A model generated the notes under the pieces. It worked only from the letters and a program-made list of their open reading frames with translations. It ran no database searches and had not been told where the DNA came from. 29,452 nt of DNA from a virus (taxonomy: Duplodnaviria > Caudoviricetes). The position numbers were made by a program, and so were the translations under genes. Where the stretch lies: IMG/VR virus record IMGVR_UViG_3300020308_000006, positions 1-29,452 of that record; one strand, given 5' to 3'. This document shows, piece by piece, positions 1 through 10,887 of the stretch. The number at the start of each line of letters is the position of its first letter. Positions within the stretch are counted from its first letter, which is position 1.

Positions 1-114
1 ACCGATGACTGTGTTATGGCAGAATGGTTTTTGGAACATAATTTAGAGAAAATCTATGTTCCGACTATAGTTAATAACCAACAGTGGCGTCCATCGTGGG
101 TCACTAGTGCATAG
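1..114 (+). CDS. terL: Terminase large subunit, C-terminal fragment (gene starts before the window)
   Basis: Frame 1 reads TDDCVMAEWFLEHNLEKIYVPTIVNNQQWRPSWVTSA*. DDxVMA is the typical last acidic motif of the terminase RNase H-like nuclease domain, and it lies directly upstream of the portal. Not in the ORF track. Confidence 0.8.
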   Translation, partial: TDDCVMAEWFLEHNLEKIYVPTIVNNQQWRPSWVTSA

Positions 115-134
115 TTGAATGCCGTGAGGTACCC

Positions 135-1895
135 GTGAGATCCACTGACGAGATTATTAGTCTTTATACCACAAGGTCTAATGCCAATGGTAGCGCTAAA
201 GCAAAAATGCGTAACCTTCGAGATTATTATAACGGAGATGTTGTTGTCCCGTTGCCTGAACTTGACACTGACGAAAAATCTGCGGTAGCTAATCTTTTAG
301 CGCAAGGGCTAGATCAAACAGCGATGCGTATTGCGTCAACATCGCCTGACATTTATTGCCCACCTACAGACACAAACACAAAACGTGCTAGAGACAATGC
401 AGCTATTAGACGCAAAGCTATTTTTGGTTGGTGGGAACATTCACGAATGGATCTCCAGTTAGCTAAACGTGCCCGGCAATTAGTTGGGTATGCCACAACG
501 TGTACACAACTTCGTTATAACTACAAAACTGGTTGCCCAGAATGGCATGTGCGTGATCCTTTGACAGCGTATCCGTCAAAACTTTTGGGCGTAGAAGACA
601 TGCGACCACGAGACGTAATTTTTAGTTACGAACGTTCGTTGGGGTGGCTGATGGCTCATTACCCCGAAGTTGGAATTAAATTTAATAACGACGGCAAAAT
701 AAGCGCAGACCATCCAATAGAAATGATTGAATACGTTGATGGCGAAGAACAAGTTCTTATTGCTACAAGATCAGCAGTAACTACTGTTTCTTTTGGTGTG
801 TCAACTACATCAAGTCCTTTTATGGCAGAAGAACTAGAACGTGTCCCTAACCCATTAGGCGAAACACCTGTTGTATTTGCTGAACGTATAAGTCTTGACG
901 GAGCCCAAGGCCAATTCGATGGCATTCTTGGCATGTACCAAATGCAAGCTCGATTAATGGCACTCGAAGTAATTGCTGTGCAAAAAGGCGTATTCCCTGA
1001 TACTTGGCTAGTTGGTCGTCAAGGCGAAACACCGCAGATAGTTAATCCTGCTGATGGGTTAACAGGAGAAGTTGGTGTTATCCGTGGCGGCGAATTGCGT
1101 GATATGCAAACTTCGCCCGGATATATGACTAACCCTGCAATTGACAGGTTAGAACGAGCCCAACGATTAACTGCTGGTATTCCACAAGAGTTTGGTGGCG
1201 AATCAACATCGAACATTCGTACAGGTAGACGAGGCGATGCGGTTTTGTCAGCAACAGTTGATTTTACAATTCAAGAAGCGCAACGCATTATGTCAAGATC
1301 GCTGCAAGAAGAAAACAAAATTGCAGTTACGATGGCAAAAAAATATGCGGGCGGTAAATCACATTCGTTTTACGTCACTACAAAAGGTGCTACAGGGCAA
1401 GTTGATTACAAACCAAACGCAAACTTTGATTCAACACAAAACGTTGTTTCATATTCCCACCCCGGTGCAGATTTAAACAACCTTGTTATTGGCGGTGGGC
1501 AACGTGTTGGCATGGGCACAATGTCCAAACAATCGTTTATGTCGCTTGATCCTTTGGTAGATGACCCAGAGTTTGAACACGACACTGTGGTTGCAGAGCA
1601 ACTAGAACAAGCTCTTTTAAGTTCAGTGCAACAACAAGCTGCTGAAGGAGTTATTCCTCCAGCGGATCTTGCTCGCATTATGGATTTAGTGCGTAGCAAC
1701 AAAATGGATCTTGCTGATGCAGTAAGCAAAGTGCAAAAAGAAGCACAAGAACGACAAGCTGAACAAGTTCCGCCAGATGCTCCTGAAGCTCAACCGGGGT
1801 TAGCTTTACCGGGAATGGGGGCAGAAGCAGGTATAGCCCCACCAGTAGAAGCTGAACAAGGACCATCTATCCAAGACCTTATTGGAGCACTGTAA
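135..1895 (+). CDS. Portal protein (586 aa)
   Basis: Follows terL; GTG start with GAGGT SD; size, early RDYYNG motif, helical composition and Gln/Pro/Glu-rich C-terminal tail fit phage portals. Confidence 0.8.
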   Translation: MRSTDEIISLYTTRSNANGSAKAKMRNLRDYYNGDVVVPLPELDTDEKSAVANLLAQGLDQTAMRIASTSPDIYCPPTDTNTKRARDNAAIRRKAIFGWWEHSRMDLQLAKRARQLVGYATTCTQLRYNYKTGCPEWHVRDPLTAYPSKLLGVEDMRPRDVIFSYERSLGWLMAHYPEVGIKFNNDGKISADHPIEMIEYVDGEEQVLIATRSAVTTVSFGVSTTSSPFMAEELERVPNPLGETPVVFAERISLDGAQGQFDGILGMYQMQARLMALEVIAVQKGVFPDTWLVGRQGETPQIVNPADGLTGEVGVIRGGELRDMQTSPGYMTNPAIDRLERAQRLTAGIPQEFGGESTSNIRTGRRGDAVLSATVDFTIQEAQRIMSRSLQEENKIAVTMAKKYAGGKSHSFYVTTKGATGQVDYKPNANFDSTQNVVSYSHPGADLNNLVIGGGQRVGMGTMSKQSFMSLDPLVDDPEFEHDTVVAEQLEQALLSSVQQQAAEGVIPPADLARIMDLVRSNKMDLADAVSKVQKEAQERQAEQVPPDAPEAQPGLALPGMGAEAGIAPPVEAEQGPSIQDLIGAL

Positions 1896-2290
1896 TGCCA
1901 CGTAAAGGCAAGGGATCTAAAACCCAAGCTATTCAAACAGCCAAAGATCAAACGTACGGGTCTGCTAAACAACAAGAAATGGCACAAGAAGTTGCGCCAC
2001 TTCCACAAAATGTAGCAGGTATGGGAGAACCAACAGCGTTGCCTCCTAGCAGAGTAATGCCCGGTAGCGCAGGTGATTTGTTTAGAACTACAGATCGTCC
2101 AATGGAACCTTCGTCAGCTATGCCATCGCAAATAAGAGAACCAAAACTTACTCCTGAACGTTCTCAATTGTTGTTCCAAACTATGCCGTTACTGCAAGCA
2201 ACAGCAAATAATCCTTACGCTAACCCAGACATGCAACAAACTGTTTTGCAAATGGAAACGTTTTTACCAACACGATTTGATGCGTCGTGA
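1895..2290 (+). CDS. Hypothetical protein (131 aa), basic N-terminus, Pro/Gln/Met-rich; possibly virion-associated
   Basis: TAATG overlap with the portal stop and GTGA overlap with the next gene; N-terminus MPRKGKGSK. Confidence 0.7.
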   Translation: MPRKGKGSKTQAIQTAKDQTYGSAKQQEMAQEVAPLPQNVAGMGEPTALPPSRVMPGSAGDLFRTTDRPMEPSSAMPSQIREPKLTPERSQLLFQTMPLLQATANNPYANPDMQQTVLQMETFLPTRFDAS

Positions 2291-5200
2291 GTTTTACCGG
2301 TCGGCTTTACAACATTTTTAGAGCGCCTGTTGATTTTGGTGCGCAAGCTGCTGATCTTTTTGTTGACACTATTCGACTAGCTGACGATGAAGAATTCAGT
2401 GTTTTCGAAGCGTTTAACGAATCGTGGAAAGACAACATACTAGGAAAAATGAGCGCATCTAATCAAGGTGTCGCTGGGCGTTCAGTAATAGGTTCTTTCT
2501 TTGGCCCGGATACTGGTATTGGTGCAGCAGTCGGGGCAATCCCTGAAAGTATAAGAGAAGAACCAGCCGCTGTTTGGAACCTAACAATGGACGGTTTCAA
2601 TTACGCAATTAAAAACTTTGTTGACCGGCCTATCGGCACAATGGTCACAATGGCAAGCCTTAACCCGTTTGAGGCTAGAGACCCTGTAACTGGTATGCGT
2701 ACAGGTCGTGGGTTTAACACCAAAATTTTTGATTATGGCACATGGCAAAATGCTTGGGAACTAACAAACGACAGAAGCGCTGGTCAAGCAATCATGCTGT
2801 TTTCTGGTCATGTAGATATTTTAAATCCAACTTCTGTAGAAGAATTTAAACAAACACCTAAGTACCAGTTTGTTTCCGGCATTTTTGATGCTGGCATTAA
2901 CGTTGTTGGAGACCCAGCTTATGCGGGCATTAAAATTAGCAGAACTGCATTTAATATTAATAGAGCTAAAAAAGCTCGTCTTGATCCAGACAATGTAGGT
3001 AAAGATTTATTTCCTGAAAAACAACTTGAATATATAGATATTGATGGGTCAGGTAACCCAGTTCCTGTTTACAGAGTTCAACCCGGGTTATTGCCAAATG
3101 AAAGCATGGGGCCTTTTTACGAACAAGTACGTCCACCTGTAAGAAATCAACCAATTATTGTTCGCACACCTACAAGAGAACCAATTCGTATTGGTGGACA
3201 AAAACTGCATGAAAAAATTCAACAGTTTGAAGGGAAGTATCCTTACCTTGAAACGTTGTTAGGCGGCAGTGTTTTAGACATGCTTACTATTGGCGGTGGC
3301 AAAGTCGTAGGCAGCACACGCTCTGTTGATTCTTTGTTGTTTGAAAAATTTGATTACCAACCTGCGTGGATGGACAATATCCCAGAACCACGAGATATTT
3401 TTGATGCAGCAACAGTGCCTATCACTAAAGAGTTGCAGCAAATTGTTATTAATGAAACAAATAACTTAGCTCTTTATGGCATAAGACCTTCTGCAACCTA
3501 TTTGCAAACAGGTGATCTCGGAGCAGCCCCACAGTTTGGACCTGATTTAAACAATGGAGGCTTAGTCCCTGCAATAGAAATTGCTAGTCGCAGCAATGTT
3601 CTTGGCGAAACAAGTCCAATATTTGACACTGATGCTTCGATAACAGAATTTCTCGAAAGAGAAGGTGCTGCTGATCCTAGTGATCCTTTCCCAGTTTCTT
3701 TAGCTGAAGGCGATGTCACCCCGGTTACAGACGAAGTACGTGTTAACTATCAAGCATACAAAGCTGCGTATGACACTTACGACTTAGACGTTTTAGCTCT
3801 ATTAAATCGTGACGAAATTGTTAATGAAGTAACTGCTGGGTTAAGAGGATACGGCGTCAATCTTGATTTTAATTTTAAAGATGATGTTTACCGTCAAGCA
3901 AAACGTGACTTTGAAGCAGCGATATATAGAAACGAACTTCCTTACGATACAAACGTTGATTTTAATGTTGAAGCTGCTATAGCCCGAATTAATGGTGAAT
4001 TAGTAGAAGCAGCAGATGCGTACAAACGACAATTTGACAACGAAATATATAGGCCTGACAACGTAGATACAGACCCTGAAGAGTTCCGAAGAGCCGAAGC
4101 AGAATTAGAATTAGCAGAAGATGGTTTATACGCTATTGCTGAACAACGGTTGCAATTAGAACTTTATGCAGCACATATTGATACTGTTTTTGGGCCATTA
4201 GAAAAAGTTAAAAACAGTCTTCAAACAATGAAGAAAGTTCCAAGCACAGGCTTAGATCAGTTTTACGGCACTGGGCTTTGGAATATAAATAGAAACAACG
4301 CTGCCCAAGAAATTATAGCTTTACGTATTTTTCAAAAAATGCCACAGTGGGGTCCAGCGTTTAAACATATGACGCCTGAAGAACGATGGCAATTGTCAAA
4401 AGTTTATGCAACATTAGCTAACGCTGCACCTGTAGATAGTTCTGCTTGGTTGCCGTTCCACAACTTTATTCGTTATGTAAATGGCAACGTTGCTGTAAAA
4501 GAAGCAATGCACGCACAGTTAAAAGAAATGTCGCATCTTTGGAGTTTGTTGCGACGTGTGCCGGGCCCAATAAAAGATCAATACAACAGATTCCCTGACG
4601 AATTTGATTATGACTGGCGTACAAGTTTAGGAGAAATGGATGAAACGCCGGGGCCAATGGCTGAGTTCCCAGCAATACTTGAACGCCCTACATCTTTACA
4701 CTGGCATTTTTCAGAACTAGGTCGTGTAAGAAAAGAAATAGCGTCATTTGATGCTCACAGAAAAAACATGGGACAAGCAATGGGGGAGATGGCCGCAGAT
4801 GATGCGTTCCAGCAAGGACGTGCAGCGTCTCTTGAACCTACTGCGATTCCTGACGAAATAAATCGTTTAGACAAAATTCACGTTGACCACATTATTGATG
4901 TGTTGCTTCAAAAAGAAAAAGCGCACGCTATTTTTATACAGCATTACTTGTTTAGCCCACAAGCTTTAGAAGATATGAGTATCCAAGCAGCGCAATTAGA
5001 ATTGCGAGAAGCATTAGATGCAACTGGCGTTTTAGATGAAGCTATGTACGCAGATGTTGCACCTGAAGATTTAGCTGGAGCTTCAGAAGCGTTACTTGAC
5101 TACGAACAACGGCGTCGTTCTTGGGACGATCCAACAAAAGAAGGCATTGAAAAGTTTAGGACAATGCCTATTAAACCGTTGAACTTGGATGCAGCAGAAA

Positions 5201-8200
5201 TCATTTTAGGTCGATCAGGAGATTCAGAACTTGCTGAATTATTTGATCGTTTACACGAAATGCAAAATTTTCCGTGGCAAGCAGTGCTAGCTGATAACGA
5301 AGGTACTTACAAAAATTTAATGCAAGATGTGTATTCGTTACTTCCAGCGAATCACGATCTTTACAACCCTGAATTAATTGTTAGAGGGACTAGCGACATA
5401 CCTGCTGCTGGTGAATTAAATCCGTTAGTCGATCAACAAGAAAACATGAATCGGCTTCGGAACCATGAAATTATTTCTCCACGGGAAATGCATGAAGCAG
5501 CGATAGATAATCTTTTTCAAACTATTGATTTAGAAATTCCTAGAACAATTGATGGGTTTGATTCAATTCTTAAACCTACGACCAAAGCAGGTCTTGCAGC
5601 ACGAACCTTTTTTGAAAAATCTGGTTTATACGCTGGGTTTACAAATTCACGTGCTTACAAACTGTTTAGTGAAAAAGTTTTAGAAGGCATTATTGATGTC
5701 AATAATAAAAACCAAGTAGTTACAGAACTAGAAAAGTTCTTCCGTGATTTAGAAAGAATTAACGTTTCTAAAATAATGCAAAAGCATCATGGCAGAGCAA
5801 CCATGTTAGAAAGCGGTGAACCACTTTCGTTGCTTGACGTAGCGTTAATGAGTTATCGTTCTAATCTTCCAACATGGGAAGGCATAAGTTTAGATAATCG
5901 ACCAACAGATAAAGGCACGTCGCAACTTTGGGCGGACCAAACGTTGATTGATTTAGTTGATACACCGCCTGAACGGTTAGGTCCTAAACTTGACAGGTTA
6001 ATTAACGGCGTACTTACTGGGTTTGTTGAATCAATAGTTCCTGACAAAAAATTTGACGGGCTCACTTGGACAGGACCAGACGTTCGTTCTAATTTGATAA
6101 CTATTCTTCGAGGCGAACTTTCAGCAGTTAAAAAAATGCTTGAAGAAAGCGCCGACGCTACAGGTAAAAAATACGGCAACGTTGATTTCACAGACGTTAT
6201 TGGGACCAACGAGTTAGGCGAAACTGTTTTTGTTCGCAAACCTATTGCTCCTAGTCAAGTTAGACAAACAGTAATTATGCCACGTATAGATAGGTGGAAA
6301 GATTTAGAACGAGCGTTAATGGGTGATTTCAAATCTATAGAAATTGCCGGGAAACAAATGCAAATAGGTCTTACTCCTGCTCGTGCTACTTTGCGTAACC
6401 TTTTAATGGAAACTCAAAGTACGTGGAAAACAATTAACTTGCTTACACCACGTTGGCAAATGGTTGTAAATATTGATTCGCAACTTCGTTTACAAGCAGC
6501 GCTTGAAACATCATTAGGGGTAGCAAGAATTGGGCCTGCATTTAATACTTTGCAAGCTAGGTGGCTACGCAATGACGGTGTAGACATTCAAGCTATTGTT
6601 CAAAACGAATTGTTTGAAGAACTAGGCGGGTTTGAGCGAATCACCGAAACTCAAAATTCAATGGCTGACATTCAAAGCGAACCTGATCTTCTCGAATTTG
6701 ATCAAGCTGAATATTTTGACAACGTTAAACGCCCTTCGTACGCACGTTTGTTAGAAGAAGAAGCAATTCTTCAACGGCGTAACTTTATTGAAATGGTTGA
6801 CCTTTATTTAGACGATGGTCAAGACATTGTAGAATTTGTAACTGGTGTAATAGAAAAAGAATACGCACGACGGCAAACTAAACGACTTGGCACAGCTACA
6901 GCACTAGGTCTTTATTTTACTGGTCCTGTTGGAGCAGCCGCAGCAGCAGGTGCTTACACTGCTCATAGCCGTACAAGCATAGCTAACGCTGCTCGACGAA
7001 TGGTTGCTGAATCATACGGTATTGCCGCACGTAACGCTGCTTGGGTTTCTTTAAGAGAAGCTGAAGCTGCTGACATGTTTAATTGGTTGGCAGAAAACTA
7101 TCCGGGTCGTTACCAAACAATTAGCGATGACTTATTCGGAGTAGAATCTTTAGATCAACTTATGGAAGAGCCTCAACGCTTTTTCCCTGCCGATAACTTT
7201 TTAGGTACAGCTAACACAACTGAATCTAAAATGTATGCTGCGTTGCTAGCAGAAAAAAATGTATTAGAAGGCGACGATGTAGCCAGTTATATCAATGACC
7301 GTATTTATGAAGAGGTTATTGACCCTTACACAGATGCAGCAAACTTAGGAACTTACACTGCTGTTATACCTGTAAGCCAAATTACAACCGCTGATTTTTA
7401 TAGGAATGCATCAGCAGGCACTCGCAAAATTATTGATGCTCGCATAAACGAATTAAAACGTACTTTAAGTGCACGTGAACAAACTGATATTTTGCGTAGA
7501 TCACAAGAAGGTATTCCTGATTATGCTTTAGAAGGAATCGAAAATTTAGAAGATTTCCTTGGAGACGCTGATCCTATTCTTGCAGAATTAGCGAACATAG
7601 TAAATACGCCAGAGCTAGTACAAAATTTTGAAGTAATAGGAATTGAAAATTTCTATAGTCGTCCGTTAGATGAATTCCCATTTGGTGGTTTAGATGTTCC
7701 ACCAGCAAGTCAAGTTGATTTCTTATCTTCCGAAAAAGCTACTGATTTAATTGGTGAACATTTTACGCTTTTAGATTTAGCAGCAGAAGCTAATCAAGCT
7801 TTTAAAGACCGCAGACGAGCAGCAGAGTTAATTTCTAACAACGTTGAAGCTGTATCTGATTACGATAAAACAGTTGTACAAGGTTTCCAGACAGAGTTTC
7901 CTCACACAGCACAAACGTTTGAACGTGCTGCACAAATTTTAACTGAAGGTGGATTTAGTACAACGCAAATAGGTTCAACTCGGATTGATAGTGCGTTTGG
8001 CAATATACCTTCACAGCAAGAAATTAATCGACGCAATATTTCTGCGAACAACACCGCCCGTATTCAAATACAAGGCGCTAACCATATTCAACGTAGAAAA
8101 GAAAAATTCCAAGGATCTCACCAATACGACTTTATGAATCGTGTTGAACGAGACAGCTTTGTAGCTGCTTACAATGATTTTGCTGACCGTATTTTGTCTG

Positions 8201-10887
8201 CCAAAGGACCAGAAGGTGTAACTGCTGATCGTGATTTTTGGCGGCAATTTATTCGTACACCAAACGCAAATCTTACTGATGCAGAAATTCTGCAATGGTT
8301 ACGCACCGACGGTAGACAAGTAATAGAAAATTGGGTACCTAGAGATCAAACACCAGAAGAGTTAACTAACTTAGTGTTTAAAGCTCGTTACGAATCAATG
8401 AGCCAAGTACCAGCTATTTTGCCGGGGTTTGAAGCTGTTGTTGAAAAATTTCAAGCAGGCACAACAATCACGTGGCAAGCTGACATTGTTCCTGCTTTAG
8501 ATAAACTACAAAAGTTAAGTGATTCTACTTGGGATCAAATTTTAAAAGCGTTTATAGACGACAACGAATTACGTCAAATAGGAGTATCTAGTGGTATCCC
8601 AGCTTTTGACGAAATAACTGGTGTACCTCTATGGGATTCTGCGTTAACAATGTGGGATTCTTTTCGAGATGGCAAAGTATTACGTTGGATTGATGCCACT
8701 GGAAATCTTGACATTGATTTAACGGTAGACCCTGTTCTTCGACGTTTAATGATTGCTTCTTACGAAAGCGCTGCTGAATCTATAATTACGAATACCGGGC
8801 AGTTATCGTTTGACCAAAGAATGACAGCAATGACTGTCGCTAAACGTCGTGACATTGTTGAACAGATTCGTTTATTAGGTGAACGCAATATCAAGTTTGT
8901 AGAAGAAGTTGAAGACGTTGCGTTTCTCAGGTCAGCTTCGCCAGCGTCTATTAAAAACAGTCGCCCGTTACCGGGCGAAGAAGGCTTACGTGATTTTGGA
9001 AGAACTGTAACTGATTCTCAGTTCTTAGATTCAAAACAAACTGCGACTATTTGGGAACGCATAAAACAAAAAATAACTCAACCACTAGAAAACTTAGGCG
9101 AAGTTGAAAGCAGTATGTCACGAGGCGTAATGTACGATGCGCTTTATACAGCAGATGTTATTCGTCGTTTACAACCTTTTAAAGTAGGTGACGCATACCA
9201 CATTTCAGATAAACGTATGTATCAGTTACAAGAAAAAGCACGCAAATGGGCTCGGGTTGAAACAAATAATCAACTTTACGATTTAGCGTCACGTACACGA
9301 ATTGAAGAAATGCTTTGGCTTGTTGCACCTTTCTTTGGCGCATGGCAAGAAGTTCTTGGACGATGGTTTAGTTTGGCGTACGAAAATCCTGTGTTCGTAG
9401 CACGAGGGTTACGACCTTTTGCGCTTCTATCTGGTGAAGACGAAAACGGTCAATCAATTGCAACTTTCCAATTACCAAACATAATCGGTGCAAAAACTGA
9501 AACAGATTGGATTCCGTTTGTCGAATCAGTGGATTGGTTTGGCGATTTAAGCATTCTTTCTGAAATGCCAATGGACTTAAAACTAGGGTCTGGTTCATTT
9601 ATCGCTGCGTTACCGGGAGTGAGCCCTGCTATTACTGTTGGCGCTGGAGAAGCAATCCTTGCGGTACCGTCGTTAGATAAAACTTTAGGGTGGTTAATTC
9701 CTTACGGAATAGCTGAAGGCGACAACACATTTACACGCATATTGTCAAGTTTGTTGCCAGCGTGGACTAAAAATATTGCTCGCAAAGGTTTACTTAACAA
9801 GCTTTATTTAGATGATGACCGTCGCAAAGCTACTGCTGCACGAGTTTTGATTGACATGATGGTTCAATACAACGAGCAAGGCATTGTGCTTCCGACAACT
9901 GGGCAAGCGTTAAAAGATTTTAATGCTGAAGCAAAACGTCGTACTGAAATGATTTATGGCATACGGTCATTGCGTAACTTGGCAGTACCAACGTCAGCGT
10001 TGCAACAGTCGCCTTATTATCCAGTTATTAAAGAGTACTGGAAAGTTCTTGAAGAACATGGGCCAGAAATAGCTGATGCGTACATACTAGAAAATCATTT
10101 TGATATGTGGCCGGCTACTGCCCGTACTCAACTTACGATAGAAGCAATTGCAGGCACACGCCAAGGTCACGAAAATTATGAACTGCATAAACAAGACGCA
10201 ACAGAGTACCAAGAAATAGCTTCGTGGATTATTGGGCAGGTTGGGCCAGAAGAAGTTAAATGGGAATACAACCGGAATATTCGTCGCCTTGAAACTCTTG
10301 AAGGACGTGTAAGACCTTTAACTTTAGGCGAACAATTTGAAGATGCGACTGCTACACAAGGTTGGCGAGAGTGGAAAGATTTCCGTATAAAACTTTATGC
10401 TGATTTAGCGCAACGTAAAAAAGCTGGTTTGTCTGGAGCTATTTCTTCTCATTACGATTTAGTACAAAAACGGCGATCTTTTATTCATAATCTTGGTCAA
10501 CAATTCCCAGCGTGGCATGAAGAGTTTTACAGCACTAATGATCCTTTAAAGGTGCAAAGAACTTTAGCTGGGTTCCGTCATGTTGTTAAAGATCCTGCAT
10601 ATGCAAAACGACTTGATGTTGTGCAAATAGGACAATTTTTAGATTTGCATGATGGTATTGCTAGAGATTTAGAAATGCGTGCTAAAAGTTTTAATAGTTC
10701 TAGATGGGAACGCCTTAGTTATAAAGGCAATGAAGATTTGCGAGTTAGATGGGAACTAGGTATCGCAAAATTATTGTTGCAACCAGACTTTGGAAATGTC
10801 TATGACAGGTTCTTTAGTAATATAGAAACAGTTTCTGTTGGAAATAGCCCGTTGCGTGAACCAGCAACACTTGGGAGCGCAAGATAA
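2287..10887 (+). CDS. Very large putative internal virion / DNA ejection protein (2866 aa)
   Basis: Uninterrupted 8.6-kb ORF in the structural operon; acidic and helical; hydrophobic Gly/Ala segment near aa 1535-1557; no tape-measure-like repeats or recognisable polymerase motifs. Function inferred from size and synteny. Confidence 0.65.
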   Translation: MSFTGRLYNIFRAPVDFGAQAADLFVDTIRLADDEEFSVFEAFNESWKDNILGKMSASNQGVAGRSVIGSFFGPDTGIGAAVGAIPESIREEPAAVWNLTMDGFNYAIKNFVDRPIGTMVTMASLNPFEARDPVTGMRTGRGFNTKIFDYGTWQNAWELTNDRSAGQAIMLFSGHVDILNPTSVEEFKQTPKYQFVSGIFDAGINVVGDPAYAGIKISRTAFNINRAKKARLDPDNVGKDLFPEKQLEYIDIDGSGNPVPVYRVQPGLLPNESMGPFYEQVRPPVRNQPIIVRTPTREPIRIGGQKLHEKIQQFEGKYPYLETLLGGSVLDMLTIGGGKVVGSTRSVDSLLFEKFDYQPAWMDNIPEPRDIFDAATVPITKELQQIVINETNNLALYGIRPSATYLQTGDLGAAPQFGPDLNNGGLVPAIEIASRSNVLGETSPIFDTDASITEFLEREGAADPSDPFPVSLAEGDVTPVTDEVRVNYQAYKAAYDTYDLDVLALLNRDEIVNEVTAGLRGYGVNLDFNFKDDVYRQAKRDFEAAIYRNELPYDTNVDFNVEAAIARINGELVEAADAYKRQFDNEIYRPDNVDTDPEEFRRAEAELELAEDGLYAIAEQRLQLELYAAHIDTVFGPLEKVKNSLQTMKKVPSTGLDQFYGTGLWNINRNNAAQEIIALRIFQKMPQWGPAFKHMTPEERWQLSKVYATLANAAPVDSSAWLPFHNFIRYVNGNVAVKEAMHAQLKEMSHLWSLLRRVPGPIKDQYNRFPDEFDYDWRTSLGEMDETPGPMAEFPAILERPTSLHWHFSELGRVRKEIASFDAHRKNMGQAMGEMAADDAFQQGRAASLEPTAIPDEINRLDKIHVDHIIDVLLQKEKAHAIFIQHYLFSPQALEDMSIQAAQLELREALDATGVLDEAMYADVAPEDLAGASEALLDYEQRRRSWDDPTKEGIEKFRTMPIKPLNLDAAEIILGRSGDSELAELFDRLHEMQNFPWQAVLADNEGTYKNLMQDVYSLLPANHDLYNPELIVRGTSDIPAAGELNPLVDQQENMNRLRNHEIISPREMHEAAIDNLFQTIDLEIPRTIDGFDSILKPTTKAGLAARTFFEKSGLYAGFTNSRAYKLFSEKVLEGIIDVNNKNQVVTELEKFFRDLERINVSKIMQKHHGRATMLESGEPLSLLDVALMSYRSNLPTWEGISLDNRPTDKGTSQLWADQTLIDLVDTPPERLGPKLDRLINGVLTGFVESIVPDKKFDGLTWTGPDVRSNLITILRGELSAVKKMLEESADATGKKYGNVDFTDVIGTNELGETVFVRKPIAPSQVRQTVIMPRIDRWKDLERALMGDFKSIEIAGKQMQIGLTPARATLRNLLMETQSTWKTINLLTPRWQMVVNIDSQLRLQAALETSLGVARIGPAFNTLQARWLRNDGVDIQAIVQNELFEELGGFERITETQNSMADIQSEPDLLEFDQAEYFDNVKRPSYARLLEEEAILQRRNFIEMVDLYLDDGQDIVEFVTGVIEKEYARRQTKRLGTATALGLYFTGPVGAAAAAGAYTAHSRTSIANAARRMVAESYGIAARNAAWVSLREAEAADMFNWLAENYPGRYQTISDDLFGVESLDQLMEEPQRFFPADNFLGTANTTESKMYAALLAEKNVLEGDDVASYINDRIYEEVIDPYTDAANLGTYTAVIPVSQITTADFYRNASAGTRKIIDARINELKRTLSAREQTDILRRSQEGIPDYALEGIENLEDFLGDADPILAELANIVNTPELVQNFEVIGIENFYSRPLDEFPFGGLDVPPASQVDFLSSEKATDLIGEHFTLLDLAAEANQAFKDRRRAAELISNNVEAVSDYDKTVVQGFQTEFPHTAQTFERAAQILTEGGFSTTQIGSTRIDSAFGNIPSQQEINRRNISANNTARIQIQGANHIQRRKEKFQGSHQYDFMNRVERDSFVAAYNDFADRILSAKGPEGVTADRDFWRQFIRTPNANLTDAEILQWLRTDGRQVIENWVPRDQTPEELTNLVFKARYESMSQVPAILPGFEAVVEKFQAGTTITWQADIVPALDKLQKLSDSTWDQILKAFIDDNELRQIGVSSGIPAFDEITGVPLWDSALTMWDSFRDGKVLRWIDATGNLDIDLTVDPVLRRLMIASYESAAESIITNTGQLSFDQRMTAMTVAKRRDIVEQIRLLGERNIKFVEEVEDVAFLRSASPASIKNSRPLPGEEGLRDFGRTVTDSQFLDSKQTATIWERIKQKITQPLENLGEVESSMSRGVMYDALYTADVIRRLQPFKVGDAYHISDKRMYQLQEKARKWARVETNNQLYDLASRTRIEEMLWLVAPFFGAWQEVLGRWFSLAYENPVFVARGLRPFALLSGEDENGQSIATFQLPNIIGAKTETDWIPFVESVDWFGDLSILSEMPMDLKLGSGSFIAALPGVSPAITVGAGEAILAVPSLDKTLGWLIPYGIAEGDNTFTRILSSLLPAWTKNIARKGLLNKLYLDDDRRKATAARVLIDMMVQYNEQGIVLPTTGQALKDFNAEAKRRTEMIYGIRSLRNLAVPTSALQQSPYYPVIKEYWKVLEEHGPEIADAYILENHFDMWPATARTQLTIEAIAGTRQGHENYELHKQDATEYQEIASWIIGQVGPEEVKWEYNRNIRRLETLEGRVRPLTLGEQFEDATATQGWREWKDFRIKLYADLAQRKKAGLSGAISSHYDLVQKRRSFIHNLGQQFPAWHEEFYSTNDPLKVQRTLAGFRHVVKDPAYAKRLDVVQIGQFLDLHDGIARDLEMRAKSFNSSRWERLSYKGNEDLRVRWELGIAKLLLQPDFGNVYDRFFSNIETVSVGNSPLREPATLGSAR

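Noticed and set aside
2287-10887. Giant ORF as a virion RNA polymerase or tape measure protein
   Set aside because: I could not find DxDGD-type or T7/N4-type polymerase motifs or tape-measure periodicity, and there are no tail tube genes; remote homology remains untested.
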